A stretch of 63,468 nt of DNA, the filler included, from Octopus bimaculoides (taxonomy: Eukaryota), in the NCBI RefSeq assembly GCF_001194135.2. It is 5 parts of 4 records of this genome, joined end to end, with 100 filler letters (N's around TTAATTAATTAA, not from the genome) between each part and the next. Parts side by side here need not be neighbours in the genome. Positions count along the whole stretch, not along the records: positions 1 to 24,497 come from NC_068989.1; 4 more parts are not named here. One strand, written 5' to 3'. Below are positions 12,348 through 24,497 of the stretch, piece by piece; the stretch's first letter is position 1; every line of letters starts with the position of its first letter. A program made the position numbers and the translations under genes. The notes beneath the pieces are model-generated. The model saw only the letters and a list, made by a program, of their open reading frames with translations. It searched no databases and was not told where the DNA came from.

Positions 12348-13104
12348 TTTTGATCTGAACTTGATTGGTGGTGTTACTCTCCTATAATGTCGCTACAAAT
12401 TTTGATGTAAACTTTTTTCTACTGGACCAAACCTCAATTTTTTTATGCCAAAATGTAGCTTGGGATTCTTCAAAAATATTAGTAGTTTTCTATTTAGTTA
12501 AGAACTGAATTAGCAAAAAGCTCTGAAATATGCTGCGTGTGAGTAAATTGTGGCCTTAAGAATATTATTCAACTACTGCTGTTGTTGAATGATATACACA
12601 GAAAAGCATTATCAATGAGAAGGCATATTTATATGTGGAGAATGAAGTTCACTCTTGGGGTTGATTAAGTAAGTACCAGTTTCACACTGGGGTCAATGTA
12701 ATCGACTTAATCCCTTCCCCCAAATTTGAGGCCTTGTGCTTCCAGTAGAAAGAATAGATGTACTGAGATGTAGAGAAATAGTAATAAGAACTATCTGTAA
12801 AAATTGTGTGTGCGTGTGTGTGTATATATATATATATTTATATATACACACATATACACATACACACACCCGTACACACACAGTCCACCAAAAAAATGTA
12901 TACACACTTCAGGAAAGGAAAAATCTGTATAACTATTTAATTTGTATAAGTACCTCTATAAATATAGATACCTCTTTCAATGTTTTATCAAATTGTGATA
13001 ACACTGAATAAAAATATTTATACAGATTTTTCCTTTCTTAAAGTGTGTATAAATTTTGGGGGTAGATTCTGTGTGTATATGATATATAAGAAAATATAGA
13101 CAGG

Positions 13105-13400
13105 TACCTATTTAAATAGATACAAGGACCAACTCAAAACAACACTGAAAGTCACTGGACTTAAGCCTAAATCGTTCAAAACACAATCCTGAGACCATAC
13201 AAAGTGGCAGTGTTCCATATCACCATCAGAATCAAAAACTTTGCCGCTACCAGAAGAGTAAAAGAAGAAATCAAAGAACAGGAGAGAAAGATTCAACAAA
13301 ATCAGCCTTGTCCTCCACCAACATTACCATGCAATCAATGCCATCAACTCCTTTATGCAAGAATTGGTCTATTTAGTCATCAACGCCATCACCATAAAGG
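13105..13400 (+). mobile_element. RTE-clade LINE 3' ORF end with C2H2-like zinc finger (relic)
   Basis: RYKDQLKTTLK... then frameshifted FAATRR...PCNQCHQLLYARIGLFSHQRHH, resembling the RTE C-terminal CxxC...RIGLxSHxRxH motif. Confidence 0.75.
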
Positions 13401-14184
13401 AAGTGTTCAGCAAAGAAGAAACTAAATTCTTGGATGCAAAATAAAGCCGTCGCTGATAATGGTGATATATATATGTAATGTACACCCATGCATACACATG
13501 TACACATACAAATATGTGTAAGACTCATTCTGGCTAATTTCTTTGTATATCTTTCCATCTGTATATTTTGTCACCATGTATTTGTCTATATATCTAATTA
13601 CCTATCTGTGTCTTCTATTTACTAATTGTTGTGTATCTATGTCTGTCTAACTTTATTACTATCTACAGCTATCTATCAGTATGTCTGACGGATGTAGATA
13701 GATCAACATTTCTATCTATTAATCTATATTTCTGCTTATTACTGTTTACTTTTGTGGTGGGAGTGAATTTGAGGGATAAAACTAGTATTAAGCCTTAAGA
13801 AAGTTAAAATAGAATTGATATTATAATAAATAGTAAATATTGTAAAGTCAAAGAGGTGGGAGAAAATTACAAAGATTTAGTAGTTGTATGATAGAGATGG
13901 ATTGAGAAACATGGAAAGTAAAGCTTGTAAGAGTAAATATAGAAATAAAAATAATTATGAAAAATATAATCAAAATATGAGAACTGTCTTTATGAAGGTT
14001 CTCTTTGTACCTAGAAACCAAGACGAACCCCACCACATATCCATATTTATTATTATTTGCCACCTCATTTGAGAACATTTGTATAGCATTTATTTTGAGC
14101 AATAGCAGCCAGATCGCCCTCAAAATACACCCTACTGTCAGACAGAAAGTTGAAATGTAGTAGAAGTATCAGTCTTTCTTTCTC

Positions 14185-14219
<35 letters not shown>

Positions 14220-14750
14220 AATACTGACTAGAGAGAAATTAGACACATACTTAGAGAGAGATACATAGATATAGCAAGTGCTAAGGAAGCCATGGTGATA
14301 AAATCTTCACTATATGTGTCATTAAACTTTGTTGCACACACATATGCATATGTGTAAAGTGTGAGAGAAAGAGGAAGGATGATGTGCAATTGAGAAATAG
14401 CAGTGTTATTTTTGTGATGTCAAACTCTGTTTTTCTTCTTACATCTCTCTTTAATGTGAAAATATTAATACATACATTTCTCTTTCTCTCTTCCTCCTCC
14501 CTTTTTCTCTCAAATAGTGGGATAGAAAAAGAGAGTGAGGCATGTGAAGAGAGAAATTAAGAGATGGAGGTAGTTCAAAAACTGGATCAAAACAAATCAT
14601 CTGTTGCAACATTCTTTGTATTAAGAGAATGCAGATTCCATCCCTACACCCTTTACCTAAATTGAACAGTGTTGGAAAAGATTACATATTTATCTTCATA
14701 GCAACATTAAATAATATACTGATTAACATTAATATAAAATTTTCTCTAAA

Positions 14751-15246
<496 letters not shown>

Positions 15247-17444
15247 ATTATTAATGATGTCTATGTAGAAGTATTCTAAAGATTAGTTATCTATCCATCT
15301 ACATATATCTATTGATATATTACAGACAGTTAACCAAACTAGAACACAGTAAGACATGGTTAGTTGCAAATGCCTTGAGTGACCTTGCAAGAAACTTCAT
15401 TGTTGATTTAATTCTGATTGGAATGCTGTGTGGTTTTCACCCTCTGAAACTCATTTCTATTATGTTTCAATTACTCCAATGTTAATTTTCATTACCACTC
15501 AAAGGACTTGGCCTGGGTTGATACTATTTCAGAAAACAATAATTCTTTTTATCAGCTAATTGATGAACTTTTAATAAAGGTTACATAGATATCTGTTTAG
15601 AGGCACTAGCAGTAAGTAATATGTTGCGTTAGTTTAGTACATTTGTTTCCATTTCCTGAGATAGGTATATAAACTTGTGTGTGTGAAACGAAGAAAGATA
15701 GGTAGATGAGAAATAATAATAGGAGGTAGATGAGAAATAATAATAGGATGTTGAGTGCACTAAAAATTTAGTAATGAAAAATCAACATAAGACATGGAAG
15801 TGAGTGATAGAAAAGGACATTTAGACATGGATTACCTCTCATCAGCCATGGTAATCAGAATCAGTGGTTTAAGCATTTTTAAAGACCAAAAGCATAAAAC
15901 TCCACGATACTTCTACTTTTCTGGTTGCACCGATGATACTTAATAGACATCACAAAGAAAAGGACTTAGAATGTAGAGAACAACAGCATACAAGTGAGCT
16001 GGGAAACTACAGACAGATATGTGTAATACAGTTCAGTGATTGTGTGTATTGTAGTCTTCAACAAGGCATGGAAGAAACTACAAACTCACCAGATGCTAGT
16101 GCGAAAGAAAAGAAAGAAAAGGACTTTTGACACATAAAGAAGAGGAAAAGACCAGAATCAATCTTGAATTAATTTATTGATTTATTCTTCATATTAGCAG
16201 GTTATTTCAGTATGATACCCTGTTATCAATGGTTGCTGTTGATTATATGATATATAATAAAGAAATAGAAAATTAAAGCAATATGTATCATCATCATTAT
16301 CATTTTATAACCCCTAGTTGACCAAAACCTTGTGAGTAGATTCAGTGGATGGAAACTAAAAGAAGTATGTTGTGTTGTGTGTGTGCGCGTGTGTGTGTAT
16401 CTAAAATGTATGTGAATTTGTATGTGTGTTACTATCTTCTTGTTTTGACAGCATGTGATAGTTGTAAATGAGTGTCACTGTCATACAAGCAGTGTCTTTT
16501 GTTTCTAACCTTCTATGAAAACATGTTTGGAAACAGGTATAGATTGGTGACAGGAAGGGTCTCTGATTGTAGAAAATCTGCATCAGTCATTTCCATCACA
16601 CGTATGTGAACATGGAAAAGTGACATTAAGATAGTGATGATGATGATGATGATGAGAATTTAGCTTGATATACCTATGTTTTAGCAATTGACAATTGCAC
16701 AGAGATGGGATTCGGACTGGTTTATATTTCTATCATTTCCTCTGTTCCTCTAATATTAAAGTAGTGAAATTTTCAGCACTTCTGTGAAAAATCCACTGAG
16801 AGGTTTACACAGCCTACCCCTTATTCTGTGTGTATGTGCTAATATCAAGTTCTTGTCTGTATAACTGGTCATGGATACCTTGATATAATCAAACTGACAA
16901 TAAGAAAATGGTTTTGAACTTTTGAACAATGTCTCAAGCCTGTTGTTTGGTTTATAATAAATTATATTATCTTCATTATTATTATCATTATTTAACCGAA
17001 CTGTTAATGTGTCAGGCAAAATGCTTTATGTTGTTTGTTCTGATTCTTTACATTCTGAGTTCACATCCTGCCAAAGTCAACTTTGCCTGTCATCCTTCCA
17101 GGACTGATAAGACAAAATACCTGTCAAGTACTAAGATCAATAGTATCAGTTTTACACTCTACTTTAAATTGCTGACCTAAATCAGGAACCATTATATTTA
17201 CTTTTATTGTAAAATGGTTGGTGTTAGGAATGGCATTCAGCCCATAGAAACCACGCCAGAACAGACAATGGAATCTGGTTTGCCTCCTTGGCATGGCCAG
17301 AATAATCAGGAAAGTATTAGATAGCTGAAAAAGACAAATAACATGGTACTGTAGGCTGCAGGTAGTAAGCCCGTTGTGCATGCAAGACTCCAGGAGCTCC
17401 AACAAAACCTGTGATAAAGAGAAAATAAGAACAATAATAATAAT

Positions 17445-17662
17445 AATCCTTTCTGTTATAGGCACAATGTTTGAAATTTTGTGGGAAGGAGTAAGTCAAT
17501 TACATTGACCCCAGTGCTCAACTGGTACTCATTTCATTGACTCCGAAAGGATGAAAAACAAAGTCAACCATAGCAGAATTTGAACTCGGAATGTAAAGAC
17601 AGGCAAAATACCACTGAGTATTTTGTCCAGTGTGGTAATGATTCTGAAGCTCACCGCCTTAA
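17445..17662 (-). mobile_element. SINE family B
   Basis: Reverse complement of the B consensus, with flanking (TAA)n. Confidence 0.8.
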
Positions 17663-18127
17663 TAATAATAATAATAATAATAACAGTAAAACGATGATGA
17701 TGACTTGCATATTTATTCTTAATACATTCCAGCAGATTTAAACATGAATATGCTAACTGTTGTTGTTTCATCATAGGAGACCAACTTCTCCTTCCAGACA
17801 AATATGTGTTCAAAGCCTGTTTGATTCATTAGCATTAAGGAACTCTGAGGTAGACCCTGGACAATGAATCTAACAAGACCATATGACTCTTGTTTATAGC
17901 ATTTAGCAAACAAATTATTTGCTAATGCATACTGATATCTACCTACAGATAATAATCATGTGTACTATGAACGGCAGGAATCAACACTATGACTTGCATA
18001 TTCCTTCTAAATATGGTCTGGCAGATTAAAATGTGAATTTGTTAATTGCTCTTGTGTTACATCATGGGAGGACAACTTATTTCAGACAAATGTGTGTTCA
18101 TAGCACCCTCAATTCATTTATGTAAGG

Positions 18128-18520
18128 CAGTGGTTCTCAGCCATTTTTTTACCTATGAACCCCTTTTTATTACAATTTTATTCTGGTGGACTCCTACAGC
18201 TATTCTGTGTTTGAAAACTAGATTTATAGATACTTTTAAAATTCCTATTTTATTTTTCTCATGTTCACTAGTGTAGGTTTGCAAGTATAACACTCTCTAA
18301 CAGAACATGTTTCAGTGGTAAGAAACATGTTGAACTATGTAATACATTAGAGAAAGAAACATAGCTGTTTCTTGCGATAAATACACCTAAAGCAAAATTA
18401 TTTCATGAACCATTAAAAAAAACTATTGTGGATCCCCAATTTATTATTTTGCTTGTGAGGACCCCAAAAAATCTTTTATGGGTCACTAGGGGTCACATGG
18501 ACCCTGGTTGAGAACAACTG
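18128..18520. mobile_element. hAT-type MITE with 15 bp TIRs and 8 bp TSD
   Basis: TIRs cagtggttctcagcc (18128-18142) and ggttgagaacaactg (18506-18520), 13/15 complementary; flanks ATGTAAGG / GTGTAAGG (7/8). Confidence 0.85.
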
Positions 18521-18609
18521 GTGTAAGGGGACTCCAGAACACCCAGTGTTTCAACATTGTTGTGTCTCATCTGCCAAAGGTACTCTGGACTAATGAATTT
18601 GACAAGAAT

Positions 18610-18830
18610 TAATGATAATATTGGTGCACTTAACACAACAACCAAACTGCTACATGTGAAGCTGAAGGATATTAGTTGATCTGTCAGAAAATGCCATCTC
18701 ATTCTGCAAGAATCCTAAGAAAGATTCTTCCTCAAGACAATATCTTTGTTAACTAAAGTAGCATATAATAGCTTTATTATAGTAACAATAACAATATTAT
18801 TATTATTATTATTATTATCATCATCATTAT
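18610..18830 (+). mobile_element. R4/Dong-like non-LTR retrotransposon 3' end (relic)
   Basis: IIGALNTT...QKMPSHSARILRKIL (frameshifted) resembles the GALG...Q..ALL.SARILR.VL end of RLE-endonuclease elements; followed by an AT-rich trinucleotide tail. Confidence 0.55.
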
Positions 18831-18831
18831 T

Positions 18832-19050
18832 TAAGGCACCAGGCTGGCAGAATCATTAGCATGCTGAGCAAAATGCTTAGCGGTATTTCGTCTGTCTTCA
18901 CATTCTGAGTTGAAGTTCTGCCAACGTCTACTTTGCCTTTCATTTTTTGGGAATCAATAAAATAAGTACCAGATAAGTACTGAGGTTGATATAATCGGCT
19001 ATCCCCTTCCCCCAAATTTCAGGCTTTATACCTTTAGTAGAAAGAATTAT
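18832..19050 (+). mobile_element. SINE family B
   Basis: aaggcaccaggctggcagaatcattagcatgctgagcaaaatgcttagcggtatttcg...aataagtacc...ccccttcccccaaatttcaggc, then (ATT)n. Confidence 0.85.
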
Positions 19051-19054
19051 TATT

Positions 19055-19290
19055 ATTGAGTGAGAGAACAGCACACACCATCAAAGTGACACTGGAGTAC
19101 AAACATAAGAAGTTCAGTATACCCATCGTCACCACCTGTTCAGTAAGGGAACACATGGCACATGCATCACAACTGTACATGCACAACATGGTCATCTCAT
19201 ACCAAGATAAACAACACATGATCTTGCAAGTGGGGCCCAGTTAGAATTTTCTTCATATCAAGTAGCCCATCCTGCTCAAAAGTCCCTGGT
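19055..19290 (-). repeat. Unclassified interspersed repeat family D (3' part)
   Basis: Similar to 19485-19710; the (AAT)n-like tail at the left end gives the orientation. Confidence 0.75.
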
Positions 19291-19484
19291 TATTATTAAT
19301 ATTATTATTATTATTTTTGTTATTTTTCCCCATTATGTTAAACCTGTTTACGCGCTAAACCTTCACAACAGCATGCATTTACGCACATACTCACATATTC
19401 TTTGTTTTGTCCTGTACTGTCCATAATGATTTTCTTAATGTAAATCCTTTGGAGTCAATAAAGAAATGATTATTGTTGTTGTTA

Positions 19485-20030
19485 TTGAATGAGAGATCAG
19501 TACATGCCATCAAAGTGACACTGGGGTACAAATACAAAGCCCAGTATACCCACCGTGACTTCTTGTCTGATAAGGGTACACCAGGCACATGCATCACAAC
19601 CATATGGGCGTGATGTTGGTGATCTCATATCAAGATAAACAGCACATGACCTTGCAGATGGGGCTCAGTTAGAATTTTCTTCAGGTCGAGTAGCCCATTG
19701 CACTCAAAAAGTCCCTGAATTAGGGTTGCTTAAGGATGTTGAACGAAACACCCATGTTTCCAGAAGTGAATTATTCAAACCCTCAAAAATTCCTCTCAAC
19801 ACATGGCTATGATGCTCCCCCACTACTTCTGTTCATGCACAGAGATGCACATATCATCAGCCATCCAGGGACATGCTCAACTGGTTAAGATCAAACAACT
19901 GACAAGCAAAACTGTGATATTGAGCAGGATATTTGCTGTGGCTCATCTTTTACACCAAAACATTTACATGATAACACTTCCAATCAGTTAAGATCAGAAG
20001 CCATGAAAGCCAGTACTTGGTATTGCACCA
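19485..20030 (-). repeat. Unclassified interspersed repeat family D (longest copy)
   Basis: Matches 19055-19290, the inverted fragment 20320-20368 and the inverted copy 59882-60214. Confidence 0.8.
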
Positions 20031-20367
20031 GAGCAGTGAGAGCCAGTGTGTGATGTTGTTGTTATTATTTTTTTATGTTTGGCTTTTGCTTTGTACTTGT
20101 ACTTGCAAAAAACCGATAATTCCCAAAACCGAGTTTAAGTACAAGTAATTCTCAAAACCGGTTAAAAACTGGTTTTCGCGGATTTAGAGCGGTGTCCCTG
20201 TAACGAAGAAGTTTGTCATATATTGTATTTTGTTTATATACATACACAGAGAAAGAGAGAAAGTAACAGGCTGACTGATATCCACAAATATGTTGGTGGT
20301 GCCGGTATATTGGGCTTCATATATTTGTACCCCAGTGTCACTTTAATGGCATGCGCTGCTCACTCAC

Positions 20368-20728
20368 TCATCATCATCATCATCGTTTAATGTCCGCTTT
20401 CCATGCTAGCATGGGTTGGACAATTTGACTGAGGACTGGTGAAACCAGATGGCTACACCAGGCTCCAATCTGATTTGGCAGAGTTTCTACAGCTGGATGC
20501 CCTTCCTAATGCCAACCACTCTGAGAGTGTAGTGAGTGCTTTTACGTGCCACCGGCACTAAGGCCAGTCAGGCAGTACTGGTAACAGCCACGCTCAAAAT
20601 GGTGTATTTTATGTGCCACCCGCACAAGAACCAGTCCAGGGGCACTGGCAACGATGTCGCTCGAAAGTCCTTACACATGCCACGGGTACAAGTGTCAGAA
20701 AGGCAACGCTGGGCACAGGTGCCATCCT
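20368..20728 (-). mobile_element. SINE family C
   Basis: Colinear with 4182-4535, including the subrepeats. Confidence 0.9.
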
Positions 20729-20754
20729 AATTTCACTCAATAATAGTAATAATA

Positions 20755-20955
20755 TGGAAGCACTTGGCACTCCAATTGAATTGAGATCTGCATTGTCAAC
20801 TTGCAGAAAACTGCCATTTTGTATTCTGTAAGATTCCTAAGAAAGATTCTTGAGATTTTAAGAGACTTGTCATTAAACCTCAAGACAATCTTTGCCAACT
20901 AAAGTAGGATGCAATAGCTTTACAACAATGACAACAACAACAATAATAATAACAA
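20755..20955 (+). mobile_element. R4/Dong-like 3' end (second relic)
   Basis: EALGT...LQKTAILYSVRFLRKILEI*; shares cctaagaaagattctt...cctcaagacaat...aactaaagtag...aatagcttta with 18610-18830; (AAC/AAT)n tail. Confidence 0.55.
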
Positions 20956-21330
20956 TGATTTCTTTCATTGGCCACAAAGGCTCAAGACATTGAGGGCAAT
21001 ATAAAAACAAAAGACAAAAACAGGCAGGACTTACATCAATCAAAGGGAGATACTACCACATTAAAGGATATAACAGATAATATGAAATAGAAAGTAGAGA
21101 AATAGATAATAAATGAATGAATAAGTAGAATACCCAATAGTGGGGCAGTTCACTTAGGGTAATCTGGGGTAAACGTCAAGGCATGGGAAAGTGCCCTCTT
21201 CCAGTTTCTTACCTCCTGCTTAGAAAAGCATATTCAGTGTCGGTCCATTCAGTCTCACCAGTCTTGCCACTGTTGACCACCTTTTGATAAACACACTAGA
21301 AGGTAGCACCTCCCTCTCTACCCACACCTT
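20950..21330 (-). mobile_element. Possible L1/Tx1-like LINE 3' end relic
   Basis: Minus strand reads KRWSTVARLVRLNGPTLNMLF*, followed by a pyrimidine-rich UTR whose end resembles 19400-19470. Family assignment is from memory only. Confidence 0.3.
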
Positions 21331-21341
21331 CCTCTTCAAAT

Positions 21342-21700
21342 ATTATTACCTCCACCTTAGCGAAGGTGGAGGTATTGTTTTCAGTCATGTTTGTTTGTCT
21401 GTGGACAAAATATCTCAAGAACCAATGGATGAACTCAGATGAAATTTTCAGGGTTGTTTGGCCTTGTGACTGGCACAAACTGATTAGATTTTGGGATTGG
21501 ACAAGGATTCTGGATTATTTTTCTGTTTTTTCTTTTTACTTAAGTTTTGAGAGCAGTCAGGTTCAGTTCTAGTATTCTCGTTTGTGAGAGCAGTCGAGTT
21601 TATTTCAGATATTCTCATTTTAAAAATCATCTCCAGCTAATTGTTGAGAGGATGTTGGTGTTGCCTTGGCAAAAGTTTGTGCTCTCTGAGTGCTCTTATT
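21342..21700 (+). mobile_element. Helentron/HINE (DINE-1-like) non-autonomous element
   Basis: 5' perfect 12 bp hairpin tacctccacctt-agcg-aaggtggaggta (21347-21374), gtttgtttgtctgt microsatellite, and 3' end ccttggcaaaagtttgtgctctctgagtgctctt. Confidence 0.6.
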
Positions 21701-21779
21701 ATTTCACTTCTCAGAGCTCTCGGTCTTACTTGCTCTGGTTGATTCTGTGAAAGTGAACAGATTCTTCTTTGTCAGAGAT

Positions 21780-22690
21780 CTCACAGGGTCTCTTTCCGCA
21801 AATTATAAGCTTTGGTACCTGGATGTTAACTTATCGTGGAAGACACTCAACACCCAAGTACCAATCTCAAAGTCCTAGTTGTCTTCAATAGAGCAGTTTT
21901 TTGGGCCTGCTCTGCTCTCATGTCAATTCCAATTTCTCTGACATATTTCTCAAACCTGGCCAATGATCTTGTTTGTAACAGAAAACTTCTACCATGTGAA
22001 ATTTTTTTACAGCAAAGATAATTGATGGGGCTTCTTTTTCTATCTGACTTTATTTTTTCTCTGCCACTATCAGCGAGCACAAAACATGAATCACTGGTTT
22101 CATACTTCCACCTTTATACTTGTGTAGCAAGACTGCTCCTATTCCGTACTCCAAAGCATCAGACACTATAACAATGTCCATTTCAAGATCAGAATGTGTT
22201 AGAGACAAATCTTCAATTAGAATTTTTTTTATTTCTTCAAATGCATTTTGACATTTAACTGACCAATTCCACTTTACTTCCTTTTTTTAATAAGTCATTC
22301 AATGGAGCTCTTAATTTGTGCATGTTAGGAATGTAGTTTTGGTAGTAGTTTGCTAGCCCAAGAAACACTAATAATGTTGGTATATTTGTCAGGGCAGGCA
22401 TATTCTTTATTGCATCTGCCCTCGACAGGTCAGGCTGTCTACCATTTTTTATCAGTTATTTGCCCAAAGTACCTAATTTGAGGCAAAAAGAATTTGCATT
22501 TTTCTTCACTAAAGTAAACCCACACTCTTTAATTATCTTGAGCACAGCTTTTATATGCTCCACATGCTGTTCACGTGAATTACTCTTAATCAGTATATTG
22601 TCCAAATAAGGGATTGCAAATTCACAATCAGATAACATAGCGTCCATGATTTGCCAAAATATTACTGGTGCAACCTTTAATGCTAAAGAC
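21780..22690 (-). mobile_element. Ty3/Gypsy pol relic (RT C-terminal half and RNase H)
   Basis: KVAPVIFWQIMDAML...PYLDNILIKS (YLDD decayed)...FLGLANYYQNYIPNMHKLRAPLNDLLKK...IVSDALEYGIGAVLLHK...YSQIEKEA; multiple frameshifts. May continue at 22810-22900. Confidence 0.9.
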
Positions 22691-22808
22691 ACCTGATGAA
22701 GGCTGGAGAGTATATCAGCTGAAATGTGTTAACAACAAACAAAATGAGGACAAATATCCGTCAAATGTAAATAATGTACATAATTCCTCATCTCTTAAAC
22801 ATAGAACT
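22688..22808 (+). mobile_element. Penelope-like (PLE) terminal-repeat fragment carrying a degenerate minimal hammerhead ribozyme
   Basis: gacac-CTGATGA-a-ggctg(gagagtatat)cagct-GAAA-t-gtgtt: stem I, conserved core and stem II present, stem III missing. Confidence 0.6.
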
Positions 22809-23778
22809 GCAGCTAATCGGTTCTCCATAATTGAACAATTTGTATGATGCACAAATTGTCAAATAACCTATGTGACCTTTGAAAAATCTTCGTCACCACG
22901 TATTATATCCTTACGCATATAGTATGGTTGATATTGTTGATGATAAAGAATACACTGTAACAGTGGCAATAACAAACACACAATGAACCAACAATCAATA
23001 TTTCCAACACGCTTCCTCAAATTGTACCTGGACAAACTATGAACTGCCGACTACATCAGACTGCTACTATTTACATGTAGTGGTCCCATCTATTCTCATC
23101 AGAGGGTGTCGTACTCTCACCACAACACTTCCACTAACCACATGAGTGACCACACAATGTATCGGTTGGCTATCTGCTCTCTCTCTCTCACTCACTCCCA
23201 CATTCCCTCTTCCTCTCACTCCACTTCCTCCTCCTTCTCTCTAGCAAACTAAAGCGTAAAGTGTGAACAAACAGGTGGAGTCCAATAAAAAACAACAACT
23301 TTTCACTAGCAACACATCACCACCACCATCGTCATCATCACTACAGTTTTCAGTAACAAAGCTCATTTCATTTCATTTCAGTCTGGCTGTATGTTTATGT
23401 CTGCTGTTTCTTGCTGTGAATGTATCCCTACTCTGAAAATACAAACATTATCTGCCTGCCTGCCTGCCTGCCTCTCTCTCTCTCTCTCTTAATGTAACTG
23501 CCTCTCCTGTTGATTTTTCTTTATCTGCCTTTCTTAACCTCACCACCAAAACATCACCCTCTCCTAAATATTGTATCCTAAACATATCTCTTTCTCTTTC
23601 CCTCCCACCCTACAGCACATCATTAACACTTCTCTCTCCCTCTTTTCTCTCACCATCTTTTTCTGTCAGTCTTTTCTTCTTCAACTAACCATGTGATACA
23701 TTTGGCTTCAGTGTATCTTTCTTCTCTACTCACACTCCTCCCATCTCTTTTTTACTCAATCTCCACCTCTTTTATTAA

Positions 23779-24024
23779 CTAAAGTATAATGGGCAACAGA
23801 AATTGAATGTTACAATTTGAGTTGAAGTAGCAGAAATACTTCAAGATTTGACACTTCTGGTGAGAGTGTTTAGTCATGAGAACTGTGCTGCAAGCAAGTT
23901 CATTGGATCAATTTACATTCCATTTAGAATGAAGTACCAAGTTGAGAACATCATGCCAATAAGTTTTCATCCTCAACCTACATCAACTGACGAATTCTAC
24001 AATGTCCTTAGTCTCAGTATGTGA
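23779..24024 (+). pseudogene. Possible C2-domain (synaptotagmin-like) relic or unannotated exon
   Basis: LKYNGQQKLNVTI*VEVAEILQDLTLLVRVFSHENCAASKFIGSIYIPFRM...; resemblance judged by eye only. A stop-free 186 nt window 23831-24016 is bounded by AG and GTATGT. Confidence 0.3.
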
Positions 24025-24463
24025 TTCAGTTTTATACAAAAATCATGTCCAGATTATCACACTGCTCTTCATATGATTCATCGCTGTATATCAAAGTATA
24101 TCAAAGTATATCAGGGAGCAAAAGACATGGAAAATAGATTTGTGGGTCATATCTAGTCGTTTGACTGACTACCTGCTTGATATAGGACTGCTCTATCACG
24201 GCTGAAGTTGGGCTATATAATAATAACAGCTGTATATAAAATGCCAGATTGAATATTCTATGTCTATTTCTTCAGATGCAAGGCAAAACATATCCTCCAG
24301 GAATTTCAACCTGCAGAAAATTTACTCTTTTTACTATTTCTGTTTCTACCACATTACCTGCGATCATTAAATGCATTGGATATTGAATAGTAATTAATAC
24401 TGGAAATTCTGTTTCTATACTTTCTACACCTCTGAATCATCTACAACATAGTGTATTTAGGAA

Positions 24464-24497
<34 letters not shown>

